This document shows, one piece after another, positions 47,137 to 56,430 of a DNA stretch of 64,000 nt. The notes under the pieces are model-generated. The model did not search any database. It was not told the DNA's origin and saw nothing but the letters and a program-made list of their open reading frames with translations. Origin of the DNA: Helicobacteraceae bacterium (GTDB taxonomy: Bacteria > Campylobacterota > Campylobacteria > Campylobacterales > Sulfurimonadaceae). The stretch covers positions 2,607-66,606 of the forward strand of contig JAGGTH010000078.1 in NCBI GenBank assembly GCA_021163845.1. The letters run 5' to 3'. Within the stretch, counting starts at the first letter, position 1. Each line of letters begins with the position of its first letter. A program made the position numbers and the translations under genes.

Positions 47137-48613
47137 TAGTTTTGCCCCACTTGATTGGCTTGTGTTTGGGCTCTATTTTGCCCTTTTAGCCCTCTCTTCA
47201 TGGTGGCTCTCACGCCATAAGATAAGCTCTTCGCGCGAGTATTTTCTAGGGGGCAACCAGATGGGGATCTTTGCCGTCGCCCTCTCAGTGCTTGCGACAT
47301 CCCAATCAGCCGCGACCTTTTTAGGGGTACCCGAATATGCCTATAAAAATGACTTTAGCTTTATCGGTTTTTATCTCTCAGCACTTCTAGCAGCGCTCTT
47401 TATCGCTTATGTATTGCTCCCAAAGTTTTATGAGCACAAGGTTGTCACCGTCTATGAGCTCCTCGAATCACGCTACGGAGAGAGTGCCAAAAAAAGTGCG
47501 GGGGTGATGTTTTTGCTCGGGCGTATTTTAGCGAGTGGAGCACGTTTGTATATTGGTGCTTTAGCGGTCTCGATGATCCTCTTTTTTGACACCTCCGCTT
47601 CTCATGTCGCGCTCTCAATAAGCCTCTTACTTTTGGGAGCTCTTGCTTATACCTATTTTGGCGGAGTACGCTCAGTGATCCTTAGCGACGTACTTCAAGC
47701 TTTTGTATATATCGGTGCTGGGGTTCTTGTGCTTGTTTATCTCTACTTCTCGCTCAACCACCTCGATATCTTTACTCTCCTCGCAGAGGAGAACAAGCTC
47801 TCTCTTTTTCAAGAGAGTTTTGAAGGCAACTTTAGTATCGCTTCACTTCTCACAGGCTGGCTCTTGCTCAATATCGCCGCTTTTGGACTTGACCAAGATA
47901 TGACACAAAGACTTTTGAGTTGCAAAAACAACAAAGCCGCTGCCAAATCACTCCTGATCTCTATTGCTCTGAGTATCCCTGTGGTGCTTTTGTTTTTATC
48001 TATCGGTGCCCTACTCTATCTTTTTTATGCTCATAGCTCTATTGAGCAAAATTTTGAGGGGCAAAGCATCACCATCTTTATGTACTATATCTTGCACGAG
48101 ATGCCAGAGGGCTTGCGCGGGCTTGTCACCGTAGGTGCGATCGCTGCAGCACTCTCTAGTACCAACTCTGTTTTGGGTGCGATGGCTTCTGTAGCCGTTG
48201 AGGATCTTTATAAGCCCTACATCCAAAGCAAAGGAGATAAAGAGGATAGCCATTTTATCAAAGCCTCACGCTTTGCCGTTTTGGGTTTTGCTCTGATCTT
48301 GGGAGTGATGGCATTGTTGAGCTACTACTGGCAGAAGCACAGCGGTGTGGGGCTTGTCACCTTTGCTCTTGGGGTGATGGCATTTGCGTACACTGGGCTT
48401 TTAGGGGTGTTCTTTGCCGCTCTCTTTAGTAAGCGAGGCAATAGCACCTCGGTACTGTTTGCTCTTTTGGGCGGTTTTTTGACCGTGCTCTTTTTGCAGC
48501 CTTATATTTTTGGGCTCACAATAGGCTACGCGTGGCAGATAGTATTGGGAACCTTAGTTGCTTTTGGTATTGTACTATTAGGAAATAAAGCGAAAGGCAA
48601 GCTTGGGATGTAG
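47123..48613 (+). CDS. Sodium:solute symporter (SSS family)
   Basis: About 13 transmembrane helices; YFLGG, SVLATSQSAATFLG, GLDQDMTQR, AAALSS. Confidence 0.9.
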   Translation: MFVSSSFAPLDWLVFGLYFALLALSSWWLSRHKISSSREYFLGGNQMGIFAVALSVLATSQSAATFLGVPEYAYKNDFSFIGFYLSALLAALFIAYVLLPKFYEHKVVTVYELLESRYGESAKKSAGVMFLLGRILASGARLYIGALAVSMILFFDTSASHVALSISLLLLGALAYTYFGGVRSVILSDVLQAFVYIGAGVLVLVYLYFSLNHLDIFTLLAEENKLSLFQESFEGNFSIASLLTGWLLLNIAAFGLDQDMTQRLLSCKNNKAAAKSLLISIALSIPVVLLFLSIGALLYLFYAHSSIEQNFEGQSITIFMYYILHEMPEGLRGLVTVGAIAAALSSTNSVLGAMASVAVEDLYKPYIQSKGDKEDSHFIKASRFAVLGFALILGVMALLSYYWQKHSGVGLVTFALGVMAFAYTGLLGVFFAALFSKRGNSTSVLFALLGGFLTVLFLQPYIFGLTIGYAWQIVLGTLVAFGIVLLGNKAKGKLGM

Positions 48614-48712
48614 AGCTTTCATGAGAGCACTTGAGCGAAGGCAAGCCATCGCTTCCAAAAGCGGTAGAAACTTTCTTGAGAACAAAGGAACCGATGGCTT
48701 GCCTTCGGTAGA
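48592..48712. repeat. REP/BIME-like mosaic, copy F (linker 1, arm R, linker 2, arm L)
   Basis: CTTGGGATGTAG 48602; CGAAGGCAAGCCAT 48636-48649; 44 nt; ATGGCTTGCCTTCG 48694-48707 (perfect inverted pair). Confidence 0.9.
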
Positions 48713-48753
48713 GCACGCTGAAATAGCGCAACTTTAATAACAAAAGGGAGAGT

Positions 48754-49830
48754 ATGAGTAAACTCTATATCGGTGTAATGAGCGGTACGAGTCTTGATGG
48801 GGTCGATATCTCTTTATGCAGAATTGGTGCCGATACTATCGAAGAGATCCGTTCAAAAGCCTATCCATTTCCTAGTGAACTCAAAGAGGAGATACTTGAA
48901 GCGATAAATACTCAAGTAACCCTAGAACAACTAGGTACACTTGATCATAAACTCGGACTTTTATATGCCCAGACTCTTACAAGTTTTCTACAAAAGTACG
49001 CACTGACAAGTGAATCTATTTGTGCCATCGGTTTACACGGTCAAACCCTTTGGCACGCGCCTGAGAGTGTCAATCCATTTACAATGCAACTCGGTGATGC
49101 AAACCTTGTCGTGGCTGCGACAAATATAAAGGTGGTAGCAGATTTTAGACGAGGAGATATCGCAAACGGTGGACAAGGTGCACCCTTTGCACCCGCTTTT
49201 CATCGTGCCATATTTAAAGAGAAAAACTGCGCCGTACTCAATATCGGCGGCATGGCAAACATCACTCTTTTGGGTGAGAACTATCTTGGATATGACACCG
49301 GATGTGGGAATGTTTTACTTGATTATTGGGCGATGCAGAGTCTTGGTGAGCCTTATGACAAGGAGGGAAGATTTGCCGCGAGTGGTGAGGTGATAGAGGA
49401 GCTTTTAGACGCGATGCTTAATGATCCTTACTTTGCCAAAAAGCCTCCAAAAAGTACTGGTAGAGAGTATTTTAACAGCACGTGGCTTGCAAACTTCATG
49501 CCCCTTTTTTCAAGCTACAAAGATGCGGATGTGCAAAGAACCTTACTCGAACTCACCGCAAAGAGTATCGCAAATGAGATCAATCACTTCGATGTAGCAG
49601 AAGTCATCGTATGTGGCGGAGGGGTGCAAAATAGCTTTTTGATCCAAAGGCTCACACAGCTTTGCAAGGCAGATGTCGTCTCAAGCGATCACTATGGCGT
49701 GAGTTCTGAGTTTATGGAAGCGATGGTCTTTGCGTGGTTTGCCTATAAGCGTATCCATAATGAGCCTGTTGATCTGCGCACCATCACAGGGACGAGAAAA
49801 AATTCCCTTTTAGGAGCGATCTATGGATAA
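48754..49830 (+). CDS. anmK: Anhydro-N-acetylmuramic acid kinase
   Basis: GVMSGTSLDGVD, HGQT, DFRRGD..GGQGAP, NIGGMAN, KSTGRE. Confidence 0.96.
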   Translation: MSKLYIGVMSGTSLDGVDISLCRIGADTIEEIRSKAYPFPSELKEEILEAINTQVTLEQLGTLDHKLGLLYAQTLTSFLQKYALTSESICAIGLHGQTLWHAPESVNPFTMQLGDANLVVAATNIKVVADFRRGDIANGGQGAPFAPAFHRAIFKEKNCAVLNIGGMANITLLGENYLGYDTGCGNVLLDYWAMQSLGEPYDKEGRFAASGEVIEELLDAMLNDPYFAKKPPKSTGREYFNSTWLANFMPLFSSYKDADVQRTLLELTAKSIANEINHFDVAEVIVCGGGVQNSFLIQRLTQLCKADVVSSDHYGVSSEFMEAMVFAWFAYKRIHNEPVDLRTITGTRKNSLLGAIYG

Positions 49831-50773
49831 GATCAAGACTTGGCTCGATGGTACTGAGTATAAAGAGTACTCCATCGAAATAGCCTCTGCAGATGCGAGT
49901 TTTCGTAAGTATTATCGGCTGAGGGGAAAAGGTGAGAACACCTTTTTACTTATGGATGCCTCTTTAGAAAAAGAGTCCCTCCATCCCTTTCTAGATGTCA
50001 CCCAAAGGCTCCATAAGGTAGGCGTGCTCGCCCCTCAAATCTACAAGCAAGATCTCCAAGAGGGCTATCTCATCCTAGAAGATTTTGGCGATACCAATCT
50101 CCTTTCACAGCTTACGCAAGAGAGTTTTGAAGCCCTTTACATCCAAGCGATCGAGCAGATCATTTTGATGCAAAAAGCAGATACAAAAGGATTGCCACTC
50201 TATGACAAGGATTTTTTACATTTTGAAATGGATCTCATGGGCGAATGGTACTTGCAAAAACTCTTGGGATGGTGCCTAGATGAAGCGCAACAAAAGCTTT
50301 TAGCGCAAACTCTTGATACTATCAGCGAAGTGGTGCTCTCCCAGCCCCAAGGTGTTTTTGTTCACAGAGACTTTCACTCGCGCAATATTATGCTTACATC
50401 CCAAGGTGCTTTAGGGATCATCGACTATCAAGATGCAATGTGTGGCGCGCTCACTTATGATCTTGTCTCACTGCTCAAAGATTGCTATATCTCTTATGAG
50501 CGTGAGAAGATAGAAAAACTCGCTCTTATCTTTCGTGATAAAAAAGGCTTGGATGTAGCAGATGAAGTGTTTTTAAAATGGTTTGATTTTATGGGACTAC
50601 AACGCCATATCAAAGTACTAGGGATCTTTTCACGCCTTTGGCTTCGTGATGGCAAAGAGGGGTATTTGGGCGATATTCCACTCACCCTCTCTTATGTGCG
50701 AGAGACCGCTTCAAGATACAAAGAGACTGAGGATTTTGCAAAGATGCTAAAGGATCTCACATCAAAGCAATGA
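49823..50773 (+). CDS. amgK: N-acetylmuramate/N-acetylglucosamine anomeric kinase (APH fold)
   Basis: DASFRKYYR, LEDFGD, HRDFHSRNIM, IDYQDA, YDLVSLLKD, GIFSRL..RDGK; directly upstream of murU. Confidence 0.88.
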   Translation: MDKIKTWLDGTEYKEYSIEIASADASFRKYYRLRGKGENTFLLMDASLEKESLHPFLDVTQRLHKVGVLAPQIYKQDLQEGYLILEDFGDTNLLSQLTQESFEALYIQAIEQIILMQKADTKGLPLYDKDFLHFEMDLMGEWYLQKLLGWCLDEAQQKLLAQTLDTISEVVLSQPQGVFVHRDFHSRNIMLTSQGALGIIDYQDAMCGALTYDLVSLLKDCYISYEREKIEKLALIFRDKKGLDVADEVFLKWFDFMGLQRHIKVLGIFSRLWLRDGKEGYLGDIPLTLSYVRETASRYKETEDFAKMLKDLTSKQ

Positions 50774-51417
50774 TCTTAGCAGCGGGGCGCGGTGAGCGGA
50801 TGCGTCCCCTGACTGACACCACCCCAAAACCACTCTTACAGGTGCGAGGTAAGGCGCTCATCGAGTGGCATATAGAGAGACTCAAAGCGTATGGATTTCA
50901 TGAGATCATTATCAATATAGCCCATCTAGGAGAGCAGATCCAAGAATATCTGGGAGATGGTTCGCGCTATGGTGTAGCAATTCTCTACTCAGATGAGAGA
51001 CAAAGCGGTGCGCTAGAGAGTGCTGGAGCGATCATCAAAGCGCTCCCGCTTTTGGGTAAGGAGCCTTTTTTGGTAGTCAATGGTGATATCTTTTGTGACT
51101 ATACTTTTGATCCCCATTTTGAGCTTCATGGCAAACTTGCACACCTTGTTTTGGTGCCCAACCCCCAACATAACACAAAAGGGGATTTTAGTATCCAAAA
51201 CAAAGCTTTGATTAACCAAGGCAAAGTACAATACACTTTTTCGGGGATCGGCTACTATTCGCCTAAGCTTTTTGAAAATCTAGCCTTGCAAAAAATGCCC
51301 CTTGCACCTCTTTTACGTCAAGGGGCGGATGAGGGTTGTATAAGTGCCGAGCTTTATGATGGGATGTGGCATGATATTGGCACGCCACAGCGACTAGAAG
51401 CGATCAACACCAAGTAA
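50770..51417 (+). CDS. murU: N-acetylmuramate alpha-1-phosphate uridylyltransferase
   Basis: ILAAGRGERMRPLT..TPKPLL, LESAG, NGD, W.DIGTP.RL; paired with amgK. Confidence 0.88.
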   Translation: MILAAGRGERMRPLTDTTPKPLLQVRGKALIEWHIERLKAYGFHEIIINIAHLGEQIQEYLGDGSRYGVAILYSDERQSGALESAGAIIKALPLLGKEPFLVVNGDIFCDYTFDPHFELHGKLAHLVLVPNPQHNTKGDFSIQNKALINQGKVQYTFSGIGYYSPKLFENLALQKMPLAPLLRQGADEGCISAELYDGMWHDIGTPQRLEAINTK

Positions 51418-51520
51418 AGAGCCAATGGCTTGCCTTTGGCAGGGAGTGGGCTTGGGATGTAAGGCTTTTATGACAGCTCAGAGCGAAGGCAAGCCATCGC
51501 CTCCTAAAGCGGTAGAGACT
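51418..51520. repeat. REP/BIME-like mosaic, copy G (arm L, linker 1, arm R, part of linker 2)
   Basis: ATGGCTTGCCTTTG 51425-51438; CTTGGGATGT 51451; CGAAGGCAAGCCAT 51484-51497. Confidence 0.9.
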
Positions 51521-51562
51521 TGCTTGAAACAGATAAACAATTATAAAAACAAAAGAGATATT

Positions 51563-52540
51563 ATGAAAAAATTATTATTACCATTTTTACTTACCACCCT
51601 TTTGGGGGCAAAAACCTATACAAACTGTACCTTTCAAAATAAAGACTATATCGATATCTGTGAAGATGTGGTCAAATCAGGAGTGAGCCACCAATATGCC
51701 AACGAGTTTTTACTCTCTTACTTTAAGACCCAAAAATTTGATGAAGTGAGTTGGAAATATCTCCAACCACGCCATATCACCACCCACAAAAAAAATGAGA
51801 AAAAAGCAAATAACACCCTTGTGAGTTTTGTGCCAAAGATGGTCGAACACCTCAAAGAGTACAAAGAGGTGTATGACTTTAGCGAAAAAGAGTATGGGGT
51901 CAATCGCGAGATCATCGCTGCGATCTTGCTCAAAGAGACCAAGCTAGGCAAGATCAAACCCACCCACGATGCTTTTATCGTCTTTAACACGATGGTGGTG
52001 CGCACCAAAGCCCAAAGCACACGGGAAAAATGGCTACTGAATATGGGCAAATCGAATATGGGTTCGATCATCAAACACTGCTACAAAAAAAAGCTCAAAC
52101 CCGAAGCGTGTAATCTGCCAAGCTCTTATGCAGGTGCGGTGGGGATTCCACAGTTTATGCCAAGTAGTTTTATCTATGCCAAAAGTTATACTGGGGATGT
52201 AGCAGATCTGACAAAAATGGAAGATGCGATCGTCTCAGCGAGCTATTATCTGCATAAAAAAGCGGAGTTTACTGAGCTACTTGATTGGGATAAAGTAGGC
52301 GATATGGTAGAGATAGAAGAGAAGTGGTATGACTATGAATTTGCAAATGAAAATGCTTCGTTTGTGTATGCCGAGTCAAAGCGTCACAGCAAAGAGTTTG
52401 ACTGCTTTACCTGTGATAAAAAATGTTTGCAGTATCTGCGAAGCTATGCAAAAAAAGTTATGCGCTACAACAACTCATCCAACTACGCCGTAGGAGTTTT
52501 ACGCCTTGCTTATGATGCGCACAAGGCACTTAAGAGATAA
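51563..52540 (+). CDS. Lytic murein transglycosylase, MltB/SLT_2-like
   Basis: YGV..EIIAAIL..ET, SSYAGAVGIPQFMPSS, S.SYYL, YNNS..YA. Real start MKKLLL; the track's N-terminal extension is repeat copy G. Confidence 0.85.
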   Translation: MKKLLLPFLLTTLLGAKTYTNCTFQNKDYIDICEDVVKSGVSHQYANEFLLSYFKTQKFDEVSWKYLQPRHITTHKKNEKKANNTLVSFVPKMVEHLKEYKEVYDFSEKEYGVNREIIAAILLKETKLGKIKPTHDAFIVFNTMVVRTKAQSTREKWLLNMGKSNMGSIIKHCYKKKLKPEACNLPSSYAGAVGIPQFMPSSFIYAKSYTGDVADLTKMEDAIVSASYYLHKKAEFTELLDWDKVGDMVEIEEKWYDYEFANENASFVYAESKRHSKEFDCFTCDKKCLQYLRSYAKKVMRYNNSSNYAVGVLRLAYDAHKALKR

Positions 52541-53375
52541 AAGAGATCTTTGCTTCAAGTGTGTGGGTCTCTCCCGCTGATAGAGTGCGCGTGTCCTCTC
52601 TTGCATTGGCACTCTCGATACACACAAACTCTCTGTAGCTCTCACGCTCCATCCCACTCATTCGATCTGCTTTTTCTACCCAAGGGTTCCAAACCACCAC
52701 CGAAGAGGAGCCTTGATTTGTGATCTGTATCTTTATCTTATTTGTCTCTAAGAGCAAAGGTGAATCTACCTCTTGATAGACTCTATCAAACTCCCCATCA
52801 AATACTATCACCTCTTTTTCGAAATCTACAGTATCACTTAGTGCATCCCAATAAGGTTTTGTACCCAAGCCATGAATCTTCACATCCCCAATATCTGAAA
52901 TGGGAAAATAGCTATGAAGTGCTTCTGAGAGCTCAAAAGATTTTGTGTCACAGTTTGTGGTGATGAGTTGTATTTTGAGTTCTTTGCCAAGAGTGAGAAC
53001 CAGGCGTAGATCAAACTTATACGCCCATAAAGCGAGTGTTTCTTCGTTGTGTTGCAGCTGCAAGATAAGCTCACTACAATCCTCTGTGAGCTCTGTGAAC
53101 GAGAGCAGTTCCCAGAGCTGTGTGCGCGCAAAACCGTGTTGGCTCAAAGAGGGATTTTGCATCCCAAATGCAGGCCAGCAGATAGGAACACCACCACGGA
53201 TCGCCACCCCTTTTTCAAAGGGGCTCGTTTCACTCAGCCACAAAAGATCCCTGCCATCCACTTTGTATTCAAAAAGATGAGCTCCTTGTAGGGCGATCTT
53301 GGCTTGAATATGGCTATTTTGAATCTCTAGATACTCAAAACCGTTGTGTAAAGATTTGCGCTCGAGCATCACCAC
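52530..53375 (-). CDS. D-hexose-6-phosphate mutarotase (aldose 1-epimerase family)
   Basis: AIRGGVPICWP.FG, HGFAR, ALHSYF, FDR, VVWNPW, FVCIE. Confidence 0.9.
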   Translation of the reverse strand: MVMLERKSLHNGFEYLEIQNSHIQAKIALQGAHLFEYKVDGRDLLWLSETSPFEKGVAIRGGVPICWPAFGMQNPSLSQHGFARTQLWELLSFTELTEDCSELILQLQHNEETLALWAYKFDLRLVLTLGKELKIQLITTNCDTKSFELSEALHSYFPISDIGDVKIHGLGTKPYWDALSDTVDFEKEVIVFDGEFDRVYQEVDSPLLLETNKIKIQITNQGSSSVVVWNPWVEKADRMSGMERESYREFVCIESANAREDTRTLSAGETHTLEAKISFIS

Positions 53376-54631
53376 TCCCTTTTTTTATGCCAAAAAAGTC
53401 CATACATCAGAATAAAGAAATAACAAACAATACCCAAAAGATACGCCTCTTGCATCGAACCAAAAGACTCCGAGAGTTTTCCAAAGACAAGCGGTAAGAG
53501 TGCTCCTCCAGCGATCGCCATGATCAAAAGCGCACTCCCTTGAGGTGTATGGCGTCCCAGCCCTTTGAGTGCGAGTGGCCAGATGATAGGCCACACAAGA
53601 GCGTTAGAAAGACCTAAAAGTGCCACAAAAAAGAGGGTATCAGGAATAAGTGGCAAGGTCGTAAATCCCCATACAAAAGAGGAGATCATTTGAGAGGATG
53701 GGGAGGAATAAACTGCTCCAAGAATAAAAAGAATTCCCAAGAGCGCACTCAGCACTAAAGCTCGCTCTTGAGAGATAAAACGTGCGATCGCGATGATTCC
53801 AAGTAGATATCCAAGCACCATAAAGCCCATAGTATAGGATGTAAACATTGTTGCACTCTCTAGCCCTAAGCTCTGAGCATACAGACCGATCGTATCGCCT
53901 GCTATCACCTCGATACCGACATAGAAAAAGAGGGCTATCGCACCTAGAACAGTGTGAGCAAAAGAGAATACACTTGTTGTATCTAGCTCATCTTGTTCTT
54001 CATACTCTACAGCAGGAAGAGGTGAGAGTTTGACAATAAGCATCAAAAAAAACAGCATCAATGCCATCAGAATATAGGGGAGCATGAGCTGTGTTGTGAG
54101 TGCTTGGATATCAGAATCACTCAGCCTTTGGCTCCCAAAAGAGCTATCTGTGACGATCAAAGCTGTAAAGATCAAAGGTGCGAGTACCCCTGCAAACTTG
54201 TTGAGCAGACCCATAATACTGATACGCACAGCCGCGCTCTCTTGTGGACCAATAAGCACTACATAAGGGTTGGATGCACTTTGCAAAAGTGTCAGCCCCG
54301 TAGCGAGGGTAAAGAGTGCGAATAAAAATACGAGATATGCTCCACTCAAAGCAGCAGGGATAAAGAGCAAGCTCCCTACAGCCATGATAAAAAGCCCTAA
54401 AGCCATCGCGTTTTTGTAGCCGATCTTGCCTAAAATATAGGACATTGGAAGTGCCATTACTGTGTAGGCGATATAAAAGGCGAAAGTAACAAAGAGCGCT
54501 TCAAACTCACTGAGATCACAAATAATCTGCAAAAAAGGAATGAGCGAGCCATTGAGCCATGTCACAAAACCAAAGATAAAAAAGAGCACCCCGATAATGA
54601 GCATCGGAAAAAGGCTTGTTCTCTTAGACAT
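53369..54631 (-). CDS. MFS glucose/galactose transporter (GluP/FucP family)
   Basis: LFFIFGFVTWLN, QSASNPY, FFYVGIEV, IWPLAL, MAIAGGA. Confidence 0.9.
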   Translation of the reverse strand: MSKRTSLFPMLIIGVLFFIFGFVTWLNGSLIPFLQIICDLSEFEALFVTFAFYIAYTVMALPMSYILGKIGYKNAMALGLFIMAVGSLLFIPAALSGAYLVFLFALFTLATGLTLLQSASNPYVVLIGPQESAAVRISIMGLLNKFAGVLAPLIFTALIVTDSSFGSQRLSDSDIQALTTQLMLPYILMALMLFFLMLIVKLSPLPAVEYEEQDELDTTSVFSFAHTVLGAIALFFYVGIEVIAGDTIGLYAQSLGLESATMFTSYTMGFMVLGYLLGIIAIARFISQERALVLSALLGILFILGAVYSSPSSQMISSFVWGFTTLPLIPDTLFFVALLGLSNALVWPIIWPLALKGLGRHTPQGSALLIMAIAGGALLPLVFGKLSESFGSMQEAYLLGIVCYFFILMYGLFWHKKREW

Positions 54632-55451
54632 GAAGCAAACTCTTTAAATATTTTGCCACCGCGTCTTGCTCGTTGCTGTGTTCTAAGATGATCTTTGCTT
54701 TTGCTTTGACACCCTCTTGGGCGTTTGCAACGGCGACTGAGATATTAGCGAGTTCAAACATCCCAAGGTCATTGTAGTTATCCCCAAAAACTGTCAGTTC
54801 TGCAAGATCAAATCCCATATATTCACTCACACTTTGTATCCCGTGCGCCTTGTCTGCATCTTTATGGAGCAAGGTCAAAAAGTAGCACCCAACGTAGGCT
54901 TCAGGAGCTAGGATATATTTGAGTTCATCCCCATAGATCGCTTTGAGATGCTTTTCAAGATCGCGCAGAAGTTGCTCTTCACCCATATAAACAATTTTCA
55001 GATTTTGCTCTGTTGCGCGGAGATTGTCATAGCCTAAGAGTCCATCTGATGTGTCGTAATTTGCAAGCACTTTTATTTGATCTTCATTGAGGATATTAGA
55101 GTGTAAAAAACCCTCATTTAGTTTTGCATCCAACAAAGAGAGCACAAAGGGATAGATCCCAAACTTTGCCCCCTCAGCGATGATGCTATCACCTATTTCT
55201 GCGCTCAACAGCTTTGAATCAATAAGCTCATGTTCATGGGTCGCCACCAAAGCGCCATCAAGCAAGATCATAGGTGCGTTGATATGCACCCCTTGCAAGT
55301 ATTGTTTGGTTCGCTTGAGGCTGCGAGCCGTTGCAACTCCCAAAATAGAATCCTGGGCTTTTGCATTCCAGATAGTTTTAGTATAATCACTTATTGAGAG
55401 ATCATTACGCAAAAATGTGTGGTCAAGGTCTGTAATATAGATTTTTTTCAT
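54624..55451 (-). CDS. HAD-IIB (Cof-type) phosphatase
   Basis: TDLDHT, ATAR, K, and FGDNYNDLGMF motifs. Confidence 0.88.
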   Translation of the reverse strand: MKKIYITDLDHTFLRNDLSISDYTKTIWNAKAQDSILGVATARSLKRTKQYLQGVHINAPMILLDGALVATHEHELIDSKLLSAEIGDSIIAEGAKFGIYPFVLSLLDAKLNEGFLHSNILNEDQIKVLANYDTSDGLLGYDNLRATEQNLKIVYMGEEQLLRDLEKHLKAIYGDELKYILAPEAYVGCYFLTLLHKDADKAHGIQSVSEYMGFDLAELTVFGDNYNDLGMFELANISVAVANAQEGVKAKAKIILEHSNEQDAVAKYLKSLLHV

Positions 55452-55486
55452 GGATGTAGTATAGCAAAAGTGTGGAGGAAAAGAGA

Positions 55487-56179
55487 ATGAAAATAGCAGT
55501 AGTAACGGGTGCGAGTAGCGGGATAGGTTTGGCGATGAGCAAAAGACTTTTGGATCTTGGCTATGAGGTGATCGGAGTGAGTCGTAGTATTACAGATACG
55601 ACACTTGTACACCCGAATTTCACCCCCTTACCCGCTGATCTTTCATGTGAGCGAGAGACACTCTCTATCGCGCAACGACTTGCAAAAAAAGAGATCTATA
55701 TCCTCATAAACTGTGCTGGTTTTGGGCGTTTTGCACCGCATGAAGAGCTGAGTGCGCAAACGATCATCCAAATGACCTTTCTCAATCTCACCGCACCAAT
55801 GCTACTTACATCCGCACTTCTTCGCTCTTTGAAAAACAATAGTGGTTACCTCATCAATATCAACTCGATCGAAGCATTGCGTGCGAGTAAGTTTGCAGGC
55901 GTTTATTCCGCAACAAAAGCGGGACTCAAAGCCTTTGGTGATGCACTTTTTGAAGAGACTCGCAAAAGTGAACTCAGTGTGACCAATATCAATCCAGATA
56001 TGACAGAGAGTGATTTTTTTAATGAGCTTCGTTTTGAGACAAGCCAAGCAGAAAATGAGAAGCTTTTAGCAAGCGATATAGCTGATGCCCTTGAACATAT
56101 TTTAAAGATGCGCAAAGGCGCTGTGGTGAGTGAATACACGATTAGAAGTTTACATTTTGGGATCAAGAAAAAATCTTAA
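55487..56179 (+). CDS. Short-chain dehydrogenase/reductase
   Basis: TGASSGIG, NCAG, YSATK. Start set at MKIAVV. Confidence 0.9.
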   Translation: MKIAVVTGASSGIGLAMSKRLLDLGYEVIGVSRSITDTTLVHPNFTPLPADLSCERETLSIAQRLAKKEIYILINCAGFGRFAPHEELSAQTIIQMTFLNLTAPMLLTSALLRSLKNNSGYLININSIEALRASKFAGVYSATKAGLKAFGDALFEETRKSELSVTNINPDMTESDFFNELRFETSQAENEKLLASDIADALEHILKMRKGAVVSEYTIRSLHFGIKKKS

Positions 56180-56430
56180 AAGCGCTTGTCCAACTTGCTT
56201 GTTGATTTGTCTTGTGTCGCACTTAAAAAATCGATATTTTGTTTGATTTTTTTCATCGTTGTAGATGTTTCATTTTGGAGTCTTCTGAGTAGTTTGGCCG
56301 CCTCAGCCAAAAGGTACTGAGCACTTTGCATCTCCTCAAGAGTTTCAAATTCTAAGGGTCTTTGAATCAGTTCGGCGAGCTTGTCTGTATCTTTTTCAAC
56401 AAGTGCGATTTGCATCTCTTTATGCCACAT
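56176..56430 (-). CDS. Small helical flagellar-associated protein (FliT-like position)
   Basis: Directly downstream of fliS; helical; start MWHKE. Confidence 0.55.
   Translation of the reverse strand: MWHKEMQIALVEKDTDKLAELIQRPLEFETLEEMQSAQYLLAEAAKLLRRLQNETSTTMKKIKQNIDFLSATQDKSTSKLDKRF

Noticed and set aside
2237-51520. Dispersed GAAGGCAAGCCAT repeats as CRISPR repeats or IS ends
   Set aside because: They are not arrayed with unique spacers (the linkers are conserved) and enclose no transposase; treated as REP/BIME-like instead.
51425-51562. N-terminal extension MACLWQGVGLGC... of the transglycosylase ORF
   Set aside because: It is the translation of repeat copy G; a normal signal peptide starts at 51563.
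5960-53795. GCGATCGC (HIP1-like) seen about five times and general GATC richness
   Set aside because: Few copies, mostly explainable as Ala-Ile-Ala codons; cannot be separated from codon bias without computation.
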